Positions 63,690 through 64,000 of a stretch of DNA of 64,000 nucleotides are shown piece after piece. Positions within the stretch are counted from its first letter, which is position 1, and every line of letters starts with the position of its first letter. The position numbers were made by a program, and so were the translations under genes. Under the pieces are notes generated by a model. It had not been told where the DNA came from. It did not search any database and worked only from the letters and a program-made list of their open reading frames with translations. This stretch comes from Takakia lepidozioides (Eukaryota > Plantae > Bryophyta), in assembly GCA_030704615.1 (NCBI GenBank), contig CM060732.1, positions 83,080,001 to 83,144,000 on the forward strand, read 5' to 3'.

Positions 63690-64000
63690 TCTGGAGTCTT
63701 CATGACGTGTCCTTCTTCCGTTGGTTGTATTGGAGTCATGGAGTCCAAGTGATGGAGTCAGGTAGTCGAGAGTGCGTCACAACAGTCATGTCCATGACTT
63801 GATGACCGCGGACGATGCACATGTTAAGTACATGGCATTTTTACGTTGGTTGTGCTGGAGACATATAGTCGTGGTCAGGAAGTTATGCAGTCGGGAGTGC
63901 CTGAGGAGTAGTCAGGGCCATGACTACATGATGGCGGTTCATTGAAATGACGTTGTCCAGGAGTTTTTAACGAAGCGTCTTCTTGCGAACCAATTTGTGA
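63690..64000. mobile_element. Possible CACTA subterminal repeat region continuing past the window
   Basis: Repeated AGTCATG/CATGACT motifs like those at 18940-19455. No terminus is visible. Confidence 0.35.

Overview
Eukaryotic, repeat-rich nuclear DNA from a non-seed land plant. The PLS-class PPR/DYW fragments and an axonemal dynein exon point to a flagellate-sperm lineage such as a bryophyte, lycophyte or fern; this assignment is an inference. Only one gene looks intact: a 4-exon class III peroxidase (44343-47312, minus). A SABATH methyltransferase carries one frameshift. The rest is transposon and pseudogene material: (i) two related Mutator-like elements with CATGAG-rich TIRs and arrays of 22-36 bp palindromes spaced at near-integral helical turns (53, 72-75, 84-85, 96 bp); (ii) a CACTA element whose TnpA-like gene contains an FCP1/NIF phosphatase domain; (iii) a SWIM/MULE transposase plus Ulp1 protease element, with each gene hit by a related ~750 bp MITE with GGG/GAG ends and a 4-bp TSD (Sola-like); (iv) three copies of a hairpin-rich Helentron-like terminus, each heading a minus-strand chain of PPR pieces and orphan exons (NTRC, ALWAYS EARLY and others); (v) a decayed phage/virus-type (gp2.5-like) ssDNA-binding protein ORF fused to PPR sequence; plus LINE, Gypsy and Helitron debris. 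All family assignments come from motif recognition by eye; no searches were run.
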